DNA of 64,000 nucleotides, from the IMG/VR virus record IMGVR_UViG_3300045972_000138, positions 1 to 64,000 of that record; one strand, given 5' to 3'. Under the pieces are notes generated by a model. The model was given only the letters and a program-made list of their open reading frames with translations. It ran no database searches and was not told where the DNA came from. Each line of letters opens with the position of its first letter. Positions within the stretch are counted from its first letter, which is position 1. The position numbers were made by a program, and so were the translations under genes. Of this stretch, positions 35,095-45,563 are shown in pieces.

Positions 35095-36378
35095 ATGCCT
35101 AGTTTCTCCGGATTCATGACACAGCTGACGGACTTCGGCCTCTACTACGAGAAGTCGAGTCGTCACGCTTCATATAACTTTGGCCAAGAAAGTAGATCAC
35201 TGTACAGAAACCAACCTAGGTTTCCATTCGAGTATTACATTGCTATAAATCTTAATCAGGTAGGCACAGCAAAGCAATATATCGACGGCGTATTCAATTC
35301 GACAACATTACAACAGATACCACCATTGGTAAAGTCTGTAGAAATGCCGGCAATGAAGATAGAAACAACACCGCTTAATCAATACAACAGGAAGCGTCTA
35401 AGCCAAACTAAGGTTACATTTGAACCAGTTAAAGTTGTATTTCACGATGTTGCAGATGGCAAGACATTGAAGTTTTGGGAAATGTACTATAGGTATTATT
35501 TTGCCGATGGTACAGAACCGGGGATAAATGAGGCACAGCAGGTGCAACAAAAGAATTCACCTATGTCGGCCGAAACGTTGTTGCACAATATAACACCCGC
35601 ATTAAATCCTAGTTTAGCAAATTTACCATCTAGCATAAAAGATTTGTTCCAGGGTAAAACAGCCACAGGTGCAAACGCAGCAACCAATACAAATGGTAGC
35701 AAGCAAGATATGACCAACATTGTGTCTGATACATTGGATAATCACAACTTTGGTTTTAATTTACCACAGGTTCAGAATGTGCGTAATTTAATACAGAGTA
35801 TAGAAATATATCAAGTACATGGTGGTAAATTTAATAGAGTAACATTAGTAAATCCGAGAATAGCAGCATTTACGCACGATACTTTAAATTATGCCACCGG
35901 CGATAAGACTCTTGAGTTAACATTTTCGTTTGAATATGAATATGCGTATTATACAATACAGAATTTAGCGTTAGGTGGTACTGAGCCACAAAATGGATCA
36001 ACTATAGAGCAATTCGAACACGGCGAGTTCCTTGAATTACCGGCACTTGCGTTCAATGCTAAACTAATGGACTTCGTAGAATCTAATAATCCTTTACTAA
36101 ATTCCGATAATCCCGTATTACAACGAATTGGTAAGAATGTACAGTCGACTATTGGTGCTACAACCGGCGCATTTGCCTCAAACACTACACGTCGCGTAAG
36201 CGCAAGCGTGTTAAATGGTTTAGCAAATATATCGCCTACACCGTATCATCCTACCTCTACTGCACAACCTACGGCAAGATCTTTCAAATCATCGGCTACA
36301 CTGACAAGTACGCAGTATAGAGATATGAATAGAACAGGTGGTAACGGTGGCACAACAGGCGGTACTCCGGGTGGCTAA
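35095..36378 (+). CDS. Baseplate-tail tube initiator/cap (gp48/gp54-like)
   Basis: Tube-fold motifs LVKSVEMP..ET..LNQYNRKR..QTKV.FEPV...FHD, F.YE. Confidence 0.65.
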   Translation: MPSFSGFMTQLTDFGLYYEKSSRHASYNFGQESRSLYRNQPRFPFEYYIAINLNQVGTAKQYIDGVFNSTTLQQIPPLVKSVEMPAMKIETTPLNQYNRKRLSQTKVTFEPVKVVFHDVADGKTLKFWEMYYRYYFADGTEPGINEAQQVQQKNSPMSAETLLHNITPALNPSLANLPSSIKDLFQGKTATGANAATNTNGSKQDMTNIVSDTLDNHNFGFNLPQVQNVRNLIQSIEIYQVHGGKFNRVTLVNPRIAAFTHDTLNYATGDKTLELTFSFEYEYAYYTIQNLALGGTEPQNGSTIEQFEHGEFLELPALAFNAKLMDFVESNNPLLNSDNPVLQRIGKNVQSTIGATTGAFASNTTRRVSASVLNGLANISPTPYHPTSTAQPTARSFKSSATLTSTQYRDMNRTGGNGGTTGGTPGG

Positions 36379-36844
36379 ATCTAATATAGCATCTATCGGT
36401 CGTTTTAGTTCTCAAATGCTTACCTATTTAGGTACGCAGAAAACAGTTAAGAATGTCGGTGGTACATATCAAAATACATTTAAATATGCAACAGGACCTA
36501 CATCATTTATAGATGCAGGATCATTGTTGCAATCTATGTACGGAGAAGGAGTAGTAGGTAACTTCTCCCCTAGTGCGTACGATACAACGAAATGTTATTT
36601 TATATCTCGTGGTGCAAGCGTTGTATATGCAGAAACAATGACTGCATTAGTAATTGATATGGCCGCTACATTAGGCGTTTCGCCACAGACATTGTTAGAA
36701 CAATCCGAAGTATTAAGAAAATTAACATTCTCTCCTAATGTGTACAGAATGTTTAACGAATTGCGAGATCCTACACACCAGGTAGGTACGGTAACAACCG
36801 TTTCAAACAAATCTAGCCTTCAGGCTCGCCAAATAAGGTCTTAA
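36371..36844 (+). CDS. Hypothetical virion-associated protein
   Basis: GTG 36371 overlaps the upstream stop. Confidence 0.65.
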   Translation: MAKSNIASIGRFSSQMLTYLGTQKTVKNVGGTYQNTFKYATGPTSFIDAGSLLQSMYGEGVVGNFSPSAYDTTKCYFISRGASVVYAETMTALVIDMAATLGVSPQTLLEQSEVLRKLTFSPNVYRMFNELRDPTHQVGTVTTVSNKSSLQARQIRS

Positions 36845-36845
36845 A

Positions 36846-37283
36846 ATGCCATCCTATGTCCAGGGACAGTATAAACCTGTCAATCCAAGTAAATATGTAG
36901 GGACTTATCCGATATATTTTCGCTCATCGTGGGAACATAAAGTAATGGTTATGTTTGATACAAATCCTAATATTACAAGCTGGGCAAGCGAGTCCCTTAA
37001 AATTCCCTATGTAAATCCTTTTACTAATAAATATACTGTCTATATACCGGATTTCGTTGTAACATATACAGATGCGAATGGAACAAAGAAGGCAGAAATT
37101 ATAGAAGTTAAGCCTGCAAAAGAAACATTTTTAGAACAAGCAAAGTCTGAACGTGCTAAATTAGCAGTTGCATTGAATTCCTGTAAGTGGGCCGCAGCTC
37201 AAGCATTTGCTAAAGGCCACGGTATGACATTTAGAGTAATGAATGAAGGCAATATTTTTAATAATCCGAAAAGGAAAGCATAG
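36846..37283 (+). CDS. gp4: Head completion nuclease (T4 gp4/TnsA-like)
   Basis: RSSWE..M..FD.NP.I..WASE...IPY, YIPDF, IEVKP. Confidence 0.9.
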   Translation: MPSYVQGQYKPVNPSKYVGTYPIYFRSSWEHKVMVMFDTNPNITSWASESLKIPYVNPFTNKYTVYIPDFVVTYTDANGTKKAEIIEVKPAKETFLEQAKSERAKLAVALNSCKWAAAQAFAKGHGMTFRVMNEGNIFNNPKRKA

Positions 37284-37804
37284 TGACCAAAAAATTAGAG
37301 GACTTCTTTAACTTAGCACCTTCAGTAGATGAAGATGACGAAGAGGATTTATTTCCTATTAAGACTACGGAAGAGTTGATGGTTAATGCTATGCAAATTT
37401 CATCGGCATTGTCTACAGCAGAAAAGGTAGACTTTGCGTTACCTACTGTTATTGGATTAGAAGTACACGACAACGAAATGGATAGTATTGCCAAGAAGGC
37501 AGTAGATACATTTAACGATTTAATATCCCTTGGCGCAAATGTTCCCGATATGCACGCAGGTAAGATATATGAAGTAGCGGGCCAGATGTTGAAAACTGCA
37601 TTAGATGCCAAAAACTCTAAGGCAGATAAAAAACTTAAGATGATTGAGCTTCAATTAAAGAAGGTACGTGCAGAGCAGATTGACGCCGAAATGGGAAATG
37701 GTGGACAAAAAAGCTCATCTGGTGGCGAATTTGACAGAAATGAACTATTAAAGTACATTGTAAGTTCTAAGAAATCCGAAAATGCCAACGACTCTGATAA
37801 ATAG
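37283..37804 (+). CDS. Putative terminase small subunit
   Basis: Helical protein two genes upstream of TerL; EVAGQMLKTALDAK..K..KKLKMIELQLKK. Confidence 0.6.
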   Translation: MTKKLEDFFNLAPSVDEDDEEDLFPIKTTEELMVNAMQISSALSTAEKVDFALPTVIGLEVHDNEMDSIAKKAVDTFNDLISLGANVPDMHAGKIYEVAGQMLKTALDAKNSKADKKLKMIELQLKKVRAEQIDAEMGNGGQKSSSGGEFDRNELLKYIVSSKKSENANDSDK

Positions 37805-37824
37805 CATATCAACGGAGTCACCAT

Positions 37825-38490
37825 ATGGCAGAAGAAAAGAAATCATTTGTTAGTTATGTAGCAGAAACAAAGACAGAATATAATTATGTCTTGAAATTTG
37901 CCGTACACGATATGACAGATAAAATGGTAGATTGTTTAGAGTCGTGCCTTAAGAAATACGATTTAAAAACAGCATCAGCATTTACAAAATCACCAATACA
38001 GGAAAGTCCTTTAGACTTTCCTAATGTAAGAAACACAGCAGTTTTTATAACAAGAATTAGTATGGGTTATCCTGCTTCTCTGGATTTTATTAAAACATAC
38101 GTGTGTAATGCATTAAGCATTTCGCCTGCGTTGCTTGCAGTGTATTCGGAAAACGATCCAAGACAAATCGAAACAGATTTATTCCTAGATAGATCGTCAG
38201 CAGAATATAAAGAGAAATATAAGACAAGGTTAGGTAGCGATTACGAAGAAACTGGTCATCCTGCATACGGTGCAGAATACAACATTGGTTTCTTGCAGGA
38301 ACTAGAAAAAGTTCGCAAAGAACGCGAAGTAACTATTGTGGATAACGCATTAAGTCCAAAAGAAACAACTGATCATTCAACCTTACCTAAGGATTATGAC
38401 AGTTTCAACGATGCGAAGAATTTAAAGAAAGATGATGTAGGCCTGTTCGGTAGAGTTAAGAAGGCTAACATAACAGGAGCCATAAAATGA
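37825..38490 (+). CDS. Hypothetical late protein
   Basis: SD GGAG, late box at 37796. Confidence 0.75.
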   Translation: MAEEKKSFVSYVAETKTEYNYVLKFAVHDMTDKMVDCLESCLKKYDLKTASAFTKSPIQESPLDFPNVRNTAVFITRISMGYPASLDFIKTYVCNALSISPALLAVYSENDPRQIETDLFLDRSSAEYKEKYKTRLGSDYEETGHPAYGAEYNIGFLQELEKVRKEREVTIVDNALSPKETTDHSTLPKDYDSFNDAKNLKKDDVGLFGRVKKANITGAIK

Positions 38491-39281
38491 GCGATTTAAA
38501 CAGAATTAGACACTTGGCCGGTTTACTAACTGAAAGTATAGTATCTGTACCAGGTATGGGCAAACAAGAGCAACCAAACGAAGTAGATGGAATGTTCGAT
38601 AATAACGGTGCTACACAAGGTATGGAAGAAGCGGTCGTTGATGAGGGATCTTTTAAGGAAGTAATTCAACAGAAGATTCAGCGAGCAAGAGAGTTGCAAG
38701 GTTCAATGGTTGAGCCAGAAGAAGTATCCGATATGATTGCTGCAGAATTGGAACAAGAGGGTTTTGAATCACAGGACGTTCTTAATATACTCGATGCAAT
38801 TTCGCAAGAACTAACAGGTGACGACGAAGATGATCACGACGACACTTGCCCTACCTGCACAGGTACTGGTATTGGACAGCATGGCGATCCCGATACAAGT
38901 AGATGCAGCGATTGCGGTGGGTCTGGCGTATTGCGTGGCGAAAGTGATTATGACGAGGACCCTCCAGAGCGCGAATACGACACTGCAGATGATATCTATG
39001 AAGATCAAACAAATGACGAAATTATCGATGATGACTCGGAATTAAATGAAGATGAGTTAGAAGAAGCATACGACTTAAACAACGGTTACGAAGATGTAAA
39101 GTATGCTAAAGGTAGCGATTATTTCCCAACTGGTGCAGATAGTCCTGTAACATCGCACACTGGCCCATCTGGCGCACGTCAAGGTGACAATCCGGAACAA
39201 AAACGTATGGAAGTGGCTGAAGCACATAAAGAACTTGTTTATAACTATAGAAAGTTCCTAAAGGAATCAGTTAAGAACTAA
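38487..39281 (+). CDS. Acidic hypothetical protein with CxxCxGxG zinc-finger pair
   Basis: CPTCTGTG...CSDCGGSG in an Asp/Glu-rich region. Confidence 0.72.
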   Translation: MSDLNRIRHLAGLLTESIVSVPGMGKQEQPNEVDGMFDNNGATQGMEEAVVDEGSFKEVIQQKIQRARELQGSMVEPEEVSDMIAAELEQEGFESQDVLNILDAISQELTGDDEDDHDDTCPTCTGTGIGQHGDPDTSRCSDCGGSGVLRGESDYDEDPPEREYDTADDIYEDQTNDEIIDDDSELNEDELEEAYDLNNGYEDVKYAKGSDYFPTGADSPVTSHTGPSGARQGDNPEQKRMEVAEAHKELVYNYRKFLKESVKN

Positions 39282-39282
39282 G

Positions 39283-40857
39283 ATGGCAATTTATCAAGAC
39301 GATAAACTTGTAAAACGTGCCTACACAAAGGTTTCGTATTCTAAAGAGCAAATCGACGAATTAAAGGCATGTATGGACCCGGAGACGGGTCCATTATACT
39401 TTATATCTAACTTTATGTATGTTCAGCACCCTACAAAGGGTAAGCAGAAACTCGAACTATATGATTATCAGATTGCATTATTAGAAAATTATACAAAATT
39501 TCGAAAATCAGTAAACATGTTAGGTCGCCAGTTAGGTAAGACCACTGTTGCCTCTGGTTACTTACTTTGGTATGCAATGTTTGTTGAAGATTCAACAATA
39601 CTCATTGCATCCAACAAATACGATGGTGCACAAGAAATTATGCACCGCGTTAGGTATGCGTATGAATGTGTACCAGACCACATCCGTGCAGGTGTAACTG
39701 CATACAATAAACGTTCTATCGACTTTGATAATAAGTCACGTATTGTTGCAACAACTACTACAGAAAATACAGGTCGAGGTATGTCGTTATCATTAGTTTA
39801 CCTGGACGAGTTTGCGTTCGTGGAACCTAATATTGCTAAAGAATTCTGGACTTCGTTATCACCGACCTTATCCACTGGTGGTAAATGTATTATTACATCT
39901 ACGCCTAATACCGATGAAGATCAATTTGCTGACATCTGGTTCGGCGCAAATAGACAGGTGGATGCAAACGGTAATGAAACTGTACTAGGTGCAAATGGAT
40001 TCAAGCCATTTATAACCATATGGGACGCTCATCCTGATAGAAATCAAGCCTGGGCAGATTCCGAAATGGCTGCATTAGGCGAAGATAGATTCTTGCGCGA
40101 ACATGCTTGCCAGTTCATTACGTTCGAAGAAACACTTATTAATCCTATTAGGTTATCGCAGTTAACATCGATCCAGCCTATAAGGAAGACAGGACAAGTC
40201 CGTTGGTATGCGCCGTTGCATAGAGAATGTACCTATGTTGTTGGTTTAGACCCATCAATGGGAACCGGTGGCGACAATGCTGCTATTCAGGTTATTGAAT
40301 TGCCGTCGTTAATTCAGGTAGCAGAATGGAGTAGTAATAAGACTCCGATTGAAGAACAAGTAAGAACACTTAAAAAGATATTAGCCGAAATACGAGATGA
40401 AGTAAACCCAGAACTTTATTGGTCGGTTGAAAGTAATACATTAGGTGAAGCGGCATTAGTTGTTATTAGAGATACGGGCGAAGAAAACTTTGCAGGTACA
40501 ATGCTGCACGATCCTAAAAATAGACTACAAGGTAAAACAGGACGCCGTGCAGGATTTGTAACAACAAACAAATCTAAATTAGAATGCTGTGCCAAGTTAA
40601 AGTTCTTAATCGAATCGAACAAAATGAGGCTGAATTCTAAAGGTATTTTATCCGAGTTAAAGGTGTTTGTGTCGCGTGGTAATACATACGAAGCACGTAT
40701 TGGACAAACAGACGACTTAATTATGGCAATGATACTTGTTGTCCGTATGTTAGATTATATTTCCACGTGGGACGATAAATCGCATTCTGCCATTAGTGGT
40801 AATGTGTCGGACGAATACGACAACCTTCAAGATGCCCCAATGCCAATCTGTATTTAA
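39283..40857 (+). CDS. gp17: Terminase large subunit
   Basis: GRQLGKTT Walker A, LVYLDEFAF Walker B, TSTPN, GLDPSMG, DDLIMA. Confidence 0.97.
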   Translation: MAIYQDDKLVKRAYTKVSYSKEQIDELKACMDPETGPLYFISNFMYVQHPTKGKQKLELYDYQIALLENYTKFRKSVNMLGRQLGKTTVASGYLLWYAMFVEDSTILIASNKYDGAQEIMHRVRYAYECVPDHIRAGVTAYNKRSIDFDNKSRIVATTTTENTGRGMSLSLVYLDEFAFVEPNIAKEFWTSLSPTLSTGGKCIITSTPNTDEDQFADIWFGANRQVDANGNETVLGANGFKPFITIWDAHPDRNQAWADSEMAALGEDRFLREHACQFITFEETLINPIRLSQLTSIQPIRKTGQVRWYAPLHRECTYVVGLDPSMGTGGDNAAIQVIELPSLIQVAEWSSNKTPIEEQVRTLKKILAEIRDEVNPELYWSVESNTLGEAALVVIRDTGEENFAGTMLHDPKNRLQGKTGRRAGFVTTNKSKLECCAKLKFLIESNKMRLNSKGILSELKVFVSRGNTYEARIGQTDDLIMAMILVVRMLDYISTWDDKSHSAISGNVSDEYDNLQDAPMPICI

Positions 40858-40899
40858 TCTACCATATAATTGATAAATAAGAGAACAAGGATTAACTAT

Positions 40900-42669
40900 A
40901 TGGCAAGTATGAACGGAGTAGCAAAGAAAGTATTATCTTTATTGCAAGGTAATGGTTTTGAAATTCAAATGTTTGATGCTGACGGTAACGCTACAGTCGT
41001 TGATGGCGAAGCGCGCCGTTTTTTCGTAATGAAGCCAAATATTATAGTGACTGTAAATGATCCTGTAATAGATGATGAAGGCAAGACTATACCAGCCAAT
41101 ATTGAATTTAATATAGGTAAAGACAGTGCAAGCGATAAGAGTGTAAGCAATGTGGCAGATAAGATTAAAAATGTCATTGCTGGCCCAGCGCAGATAAATT
41201 TTACACGAGATATTATAGGTAAAACAATTCAACCTAAAGATTATGCTTACCAAGCAAAGACAAAAAAGGAACCAGCAATGATGGAAAACGCAAATGTAAA
41301 TGTAAACAGCCAGTTAATGGGGCAAATCGAACACCTATTAACAAAGACAGGAACAGGCGCAACTGTATCGGCACTAACACGTGAGATACGTGGGTCTAAT
41401 TTAAAAGACGTCCAACGTGCTGCAAACAAATTAGTACAAGATGGTAAGTTATCTGTACAAGGTACAAATGCAGCAGACGGTTCTCCTATATATGTTATTT
41501 CCATGGAAGAAGCAATTATGGAAGTTTCCAATGAATTGCTTGGTAGATACAAAAAAGGTGCGGCAGCAGATGCGGGCGCATCTGATAAGAAAGGTGATTA
41601 TAAGCACGCAGACAAGCGTTTTAGCGGTATCATCAAGGCAACAAAGAAACAATTCAAGAATGACGATGTAGCATATAAGGCAAAGGAAGCAGGTAAGGCT
41701 TCTGCAGATTACAAAAAGAAACACGCACCGGTTGCAGAAACAGTTAAAGAGAGTTTCAGCAAGATGTTTGGTTCCGCACGTACATCGCAACAGACATTAG
41801 AAAACGTTGTAATCAAAGTTCGCCACAAAACTCCTGTAAATGAAGAGTCACGTGGTGCAAGAACACGTCACATTGCTGCAATTTTCTTGGAATGCAACGA
41901 CGAACGTTTTAGATTCCCATACAATTCGTTAAGCGGCGCTCGTGCAATGGCTCAACATATGGCCCACGGTGGCTTAATGAACGACAAGGTTGGCGCATAT
42001 ATTGCAGAAAGCACAGGCAATTTGTTAAAACTTCAATCATTCAACCGTTATGTAACAACAAACAAGCTAATCAATGAAGATAGTTCCGGTATCGTTGACA
42101 CAGTTAAAGAAAATATCGAAACAATTCGTACCGATCTTAAGAAACTTACTGGTGTAAAGACATACGAAACAGTAAAGGCACGTATTGAGACATTCGAACG
42201 TGAGCAATTGGCCGAAGATGATGTCTCTCAATTGAAGGATTTGTTCACAATTCGTCGCTTTGATGAGAAATTTGAAGAAGTATTGCCAATTGTTAAGCAA
42301 CTTGTTCAAGAAAAAGACACTTTCCACAAAAGAATCGAAGAAGCAGCAGGAAATTCCATTGTTTTACGCCGTGAAGTTATTGGCGCAACACCAATGTTTG
42401 AATTTGCAAGCGAAAATGCACGCTTAGGATTCAAAATTAGCGAATTAGCATTGCGTATTACAGAAAACGACGAACTTGCAGGATTTATTGGCAAGATTGG
42501 TACTAAGTTATGCAAAGAAGGCGTAGTAAACGACTTCGAAAAAGCAGTTCTCTCTCAAGTGTTTGAGAATGCCAAAATTGAAGAAAAGAAAGAGAAAGAA
42601 AAGAAAGAAATTAAAGAATCTTACTATTTAGAAGCATTCTTTGACAAATTCGAATACACAACAATGTAA
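40900..42669 (+). CDS. Large hypothetical head-associated protein
   Basis: ATG 40900 after late box 40872; many xxE motifs (MME, IME, VKES, LINE). Confidence 0.7.
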   Translation: MASMNGVAKKVLSLLQGNGFEIQMFDADGNATVVDGEARRFFVMKPNIIVTVNDPVIDDEGKTIPANIEFNIGKDSASDKSVSNVADKIKNVIAGPAQINFTRDIIGKTIQPKDYAYQAKTKKEPAMMENANVNVNSQLMGQIEHLLTKTGTGATVSALTREIRGSNLKDVQRAANKLVQDGKLSVQGTNAADGSPIYVISMEEAIMEVSNELLGRYKKGAAADAGASDKKGDYKHADKRFSGIIKATKKQFKNDDVAYKAKEAGKASADYKKKHAPVAETVKESFSKMFGSARTSQQTLENVVIKVRHKTPVNEESRGARTRHIAAIFLECNDERFRFPYNSLSGARAMAQHMAHGGLMNDKVGAYIAESTGNLLKLQSFNRYVTTNKLINEDSSGIVDTVKENIETIRTDLKKLTGVKTYETVKARIETFEREQLAEDDVSQLKDLFTIRRFDEKFEEVLPIVKQLVQEKDTFHKRIEEAAGNSIVLRREVIGATPMFEFASENARLGFKISELALRITENDELAGFIGKIGTKLCKEGVVNDFEKAVLSQVFENAKIEEKKEKEKKEIKESYYLEAFFDKFEYTTM

Positions 42670-42678
42670 TCGAAGTTA

Positions 42679-42707
42679 TTGACATTAGGCACAGGTTTTC
42701 GTATACT
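42679..42707 (+). promoter_or_regulatory. sigma70-type promoter of the gp32-uvsX operon
   Basis: TTGACA-17 bp-TATACT. Confidence 0.82.
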
Positions 42708-42867
42708 AGCAACTAGCTAGACGAAAACCTGTTCTGCTTTTTGTATCAATAAAATGCATAGAGCAACGTAAAACGGATAAATAAGTTTGTTAGTTAGAAA
42801 GTAACGCATTTTAACTAAAGTAAAAGAAGTAAAACCGCGTTTAATATAAAATTTAAGGAAATATATC

Positions 42868-43917
42868 ATGTCGAAAACCCTAGACGAAATCAGAAAGAAA
42901 CTCCAATCTATGGAGCGCAAAGGCGGCCAGCAAGGCGGTTACAGTAACGATAAGCTAACTTACGCACACTGGAACATCGCAGAAGGTACACAAGCAATTC
43001 TCAGAGCACTCCCAGACGGCGACGAAGAAAATACTTTTTTCTGGGCCGAACGTCAAATGATCAAACTCCCATTCCCCGGCATTCTTGGCCACGATGAAAA
43101 CAAGCCAGTTACTGTGCAAGTTCCATGCGTCGAAATGTGGGAAGGAAAAATGTCTTGCCCTATTCTTAATGAAGTTCGCCCAATGTGGAAAGATAAGTCT
43201 TTAGAAGAAACAGCACGTAAGTACTGGGTTAAGAAGACCTATTATATGCACGGATTTGTTAAAGCAGATCCAATGAACGAAAGTGACACACCAGAAAATC
43301 CAATTCGCAAGTTTATCATGGGCCCACAGATCTTTAAGATCATCCAGGCTGCATTGATGGACCCAGATATGGAAAACAACCCGGTTGACTATATCAACGG
43401 TACTGACTTTATTGTTGCAAAGACAAGCAAAGGTGGTTTCGCTGATTACGGTACATCCAAGTGGGCACGTAAGGAATCTAGCCTTACACCAGACCAGTTA
43501 GAAGCTATTGAAAAGTTTGGTTTACCAAAGTTGAGCGACTATCTTCCAAAGCGTCCAACAGACGAACAAAAAGCAGCAATGTTTGAAATGTTCACAGCAA
43601 GTTTAGATGGCGAACTTTATGATCCAGCACGCTGGAGCAAGTTCTACAAGCCGTTTGGATTTGATTCTGCTGAAGGCGACGACGGCGATGGTGGCGAAGG
43701 CGCACGCGCAAAGCCTTCTTATAGCGCACCAAAGCCAGTTACAACAGTTGCTCCAAAGGCAACAACAGTAGTTGTACCTGTTGCAGAAGATGATGTTGAA
43801 GTTGCAGAAGAATCTTTTAAAGAACCTGTAACAGAAACAGTTGGATCGACATCTGCACCAGCAGGCAAGTCTCCGCAAGAAATCTTAGCTATGCTAAGAA
43901 ATCGTAACAAGCAGTAA
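42868..43917 (+). CDS. gp32: Single-stranded DNA-binding protein
   Basis: LRALPDG, PCVEMW..SCP, RKYWVKK.Y, RKFIMGPQIF.II, G.DF...K..KGG.ADY..SKW; acidic C-terminal tail. Confidence 0.9.
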   Translation: MSKTLDEIRKKLQSMERKGGQQGGYSNDKLTYAHWNIAEGTQAILRALPDGDEENTFFWAERQMIKLPFPGILGHDENKPVTVQVPCVEMWEGKMSCPILNEVRPMWKDKSLEETARKYWVKKTYYMHGFVKADPMNESDTPENPIRKFIMGPQIFKIIQAALMDPDMENNPVDYINGTDFIVAKTSKGGFADYGTSKWARKESSLTPDQLEAIEKFGLPKLSDYLPKRPTDEQKAAMFEMFTASLDGELYDPARWSKFYKPFGFDSAEGDDGDGGEGARAKPSYSAPKPVTTVAPKATTVVVPVAEDDVEVAEESFKEPVTETVGSTSAPAGKSPQEILAMLRNRNKQ

Positions 43918-43968
43918 GTGACTTAGGGGCAGGGTAAATACCTGCCCCACTAACTAGAAGGAGAACCT

Positions 43969-45036
43969 ATGGCTAAGCCTATAGACATTTCAAAATTTCG
44001 AAAATCAATTACAAAAAGTATTGCAGGTATTAGTGCCGGTTTCCATGATCCAGATACATGGATTAGTACAGGTAACTATGCACTCAATTATTTAATTAGT
44101 GGTGATTTCCAACGCGGTATTCCGCTAGGTAAAGTATCAATGTTTTCTGGGCAATCTGGCGCAGGAAAGAGTTATATCGTATCTGGTAATATTGTTAAGA
44201 ACGCACAAGAACAAGGCATTTATTGCATTGTTATGGACACAGAAAACGCCCTTGACGAGGCATGGTTACACGCATTAGGTGTTGACACGTCTGAAGATAA
44301 GTTGTTGAAGCTTAATGTATCGCAGATCAATGATGCGGCACAAATTATTAATGACTTTGTTAAGGAATATAAGACACAATTGCCTGAAGATAGACAAAAG
44401 ATTTTGTTTGTTATTGACTCTATTGGTATGATGTCATCTGCAATTGGAGCAGCACAGTTTGAGAAGAACGAAATGAAGGGTGACTTTGGTTCAAAGCCGA
44501 AGGAACTTATGGCATTGGTTCGTAACTGTCTGAATATGTTTGGCGATTTGAACATTGGGTTGGTATGTACCAATCACTCGTATAGTTCGCAAGATCCATA
44601 TTCTCCCGATGATAAGATTAGCGGCGGCAGTGGTCCTGTGTACGCATCTTCTATTGTTATTGCTATGAAGCAATTAAAACTAAAAGAAGATGAAGATGGT
44701 CAAAAGACTAAGGAAGTTGCAGGTATTCGTGCAGGTTGCAAAGTAATGAAAACACGCTTTAACAAGCCGTTCGAAGATATTGAATTGCAGATTCCATACG
44801 ATACAGGTATGTCGCCATATACTGGATTCTTTGACTTAATTGAAAAGAAAGATTTTGTTGTTAAAGAAGGTAACAGATATGTTTACACAGACCTTAATGG
44901 CGAATTACACAAGTATTTCAGAAAGCAATGGAATAAAAACGAAGATGGCATTATGGATTTAGTAATGAAAGAATTTAACGAGAAAGTTAAAGCGGCCGAT
45001 ACTAAATTAGAGGCATTAGAGGCAGAAGGAGAGTAA
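43969..45036 (+). CDS. uvsX: RecA-like recombinase
   Basis: STGNYALNYLISG, GQSGAGKS, DTENA, IDSIG, SGGSGPVYASS, KTRF.KPF. Confidence 0.96.
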   Translation: MAKPIDISKFRKSITKSIAGISAGFHDPDTWISTGNYALNYLISGDFQRGIPLGKVSMFSGQSGAGKSYIVSGNIVKNAQEQGIYCIVMDTENALDEAWLHALGVDTSEDKLLKLNVSQINDAAQIINDFVKEYKTQLPEDRQKILFVIDSIGMMSSAIGAAQFEKNEMKGDFGSKPKELMALVRNCLNMFGDLNIGLVCTNHSYSSQDPYSPDDKISGGSGPVYASSIVIAMKQLKLKEDEDGQKTKEVAGIRAGCKVMKTRFNKPFEDIELQIPYDTGMSPYTGFFDLIEKKDFVVKEGNRYVYTDLNGELHKYFRKQWNKNEDGIMDLVMKEFNEKVKAADTKLEALEAEGE

Positions 45037-45037
45037 T

Positions 45038-45274
45038 ATGGTAAGCGAAAACAATGAATTAGTTATTGAATTGTGGTCTAGAATTAAATCACATATTCCG
45101 CCAAAGGAACGACTGGAAGTTGCAGACATTTTAGTTGTTGTATTTGACGAATTTGGAAAAATTGACGACGATCTAATGGACGAAGACCTAGATAAAGAAC
45201 TTCGTGCAGCAGTAAGGAGTCATATTGGCGATCCATTAGATGAACCCGATGACGAGGATTACAATGACGAATGA
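45038..45274 (+). CDS. Acidic hypothetical protein
   Basis: 78 aa, SD GGAGAG. Confidence 0.7.
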   Translation: MVSENNELVIELWSRIKSHIPPKERLEVADILVVVFDEFGKIDDDLMDEDLDKELRAAVRSHIGDPLDEPDDEDYNDE

Positions 45275-45563
45275 TACGGGAACATTGTTGCTCGAAACAA
45301 TCAAAAGTAAGGATGCTCAGCAAGCCCTAACGCAAGTCCAGCTGTTTAAAGAAAAAATGAGAGATACAACAGTGGGTGCCGACTACGTGATGTGGATTAC
45401 TGAACCAGTAAACCTGACCAGTGTACATAAGGCACTGGCAGAAGACCTAAGTGTCCCTCCACGCTTACTTGCGATTAGACGTTCGTTAATGAACAGAACA
45501 CAGAAGGCAGTATTACTAGTTCAAGCAATTGAGCTGGCACTGAAACGAGTACACAGTTTATGA
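45264..45563 (+). CDS. Hypothetical protein
   Basis: ATG 45264 overlapping the upstream stop. Confidence 0.65.
   Translation: MTNDTGTLLLETIKSKDAQQALTQVQLFKEKMRDTTVGADYVMWITEPVNLTSVHKALAEDLSVPPRLLAIRRSLMNRTQKAVLLVQAIELALKRVHSL

Noticed and set aside
43926-43948. GGGGCAGG/CCTGCCCC hairpin before uvsX as a terminator
   Set aside because: No U tract on either strand; more likely an mRNA stability or processing hairpin.
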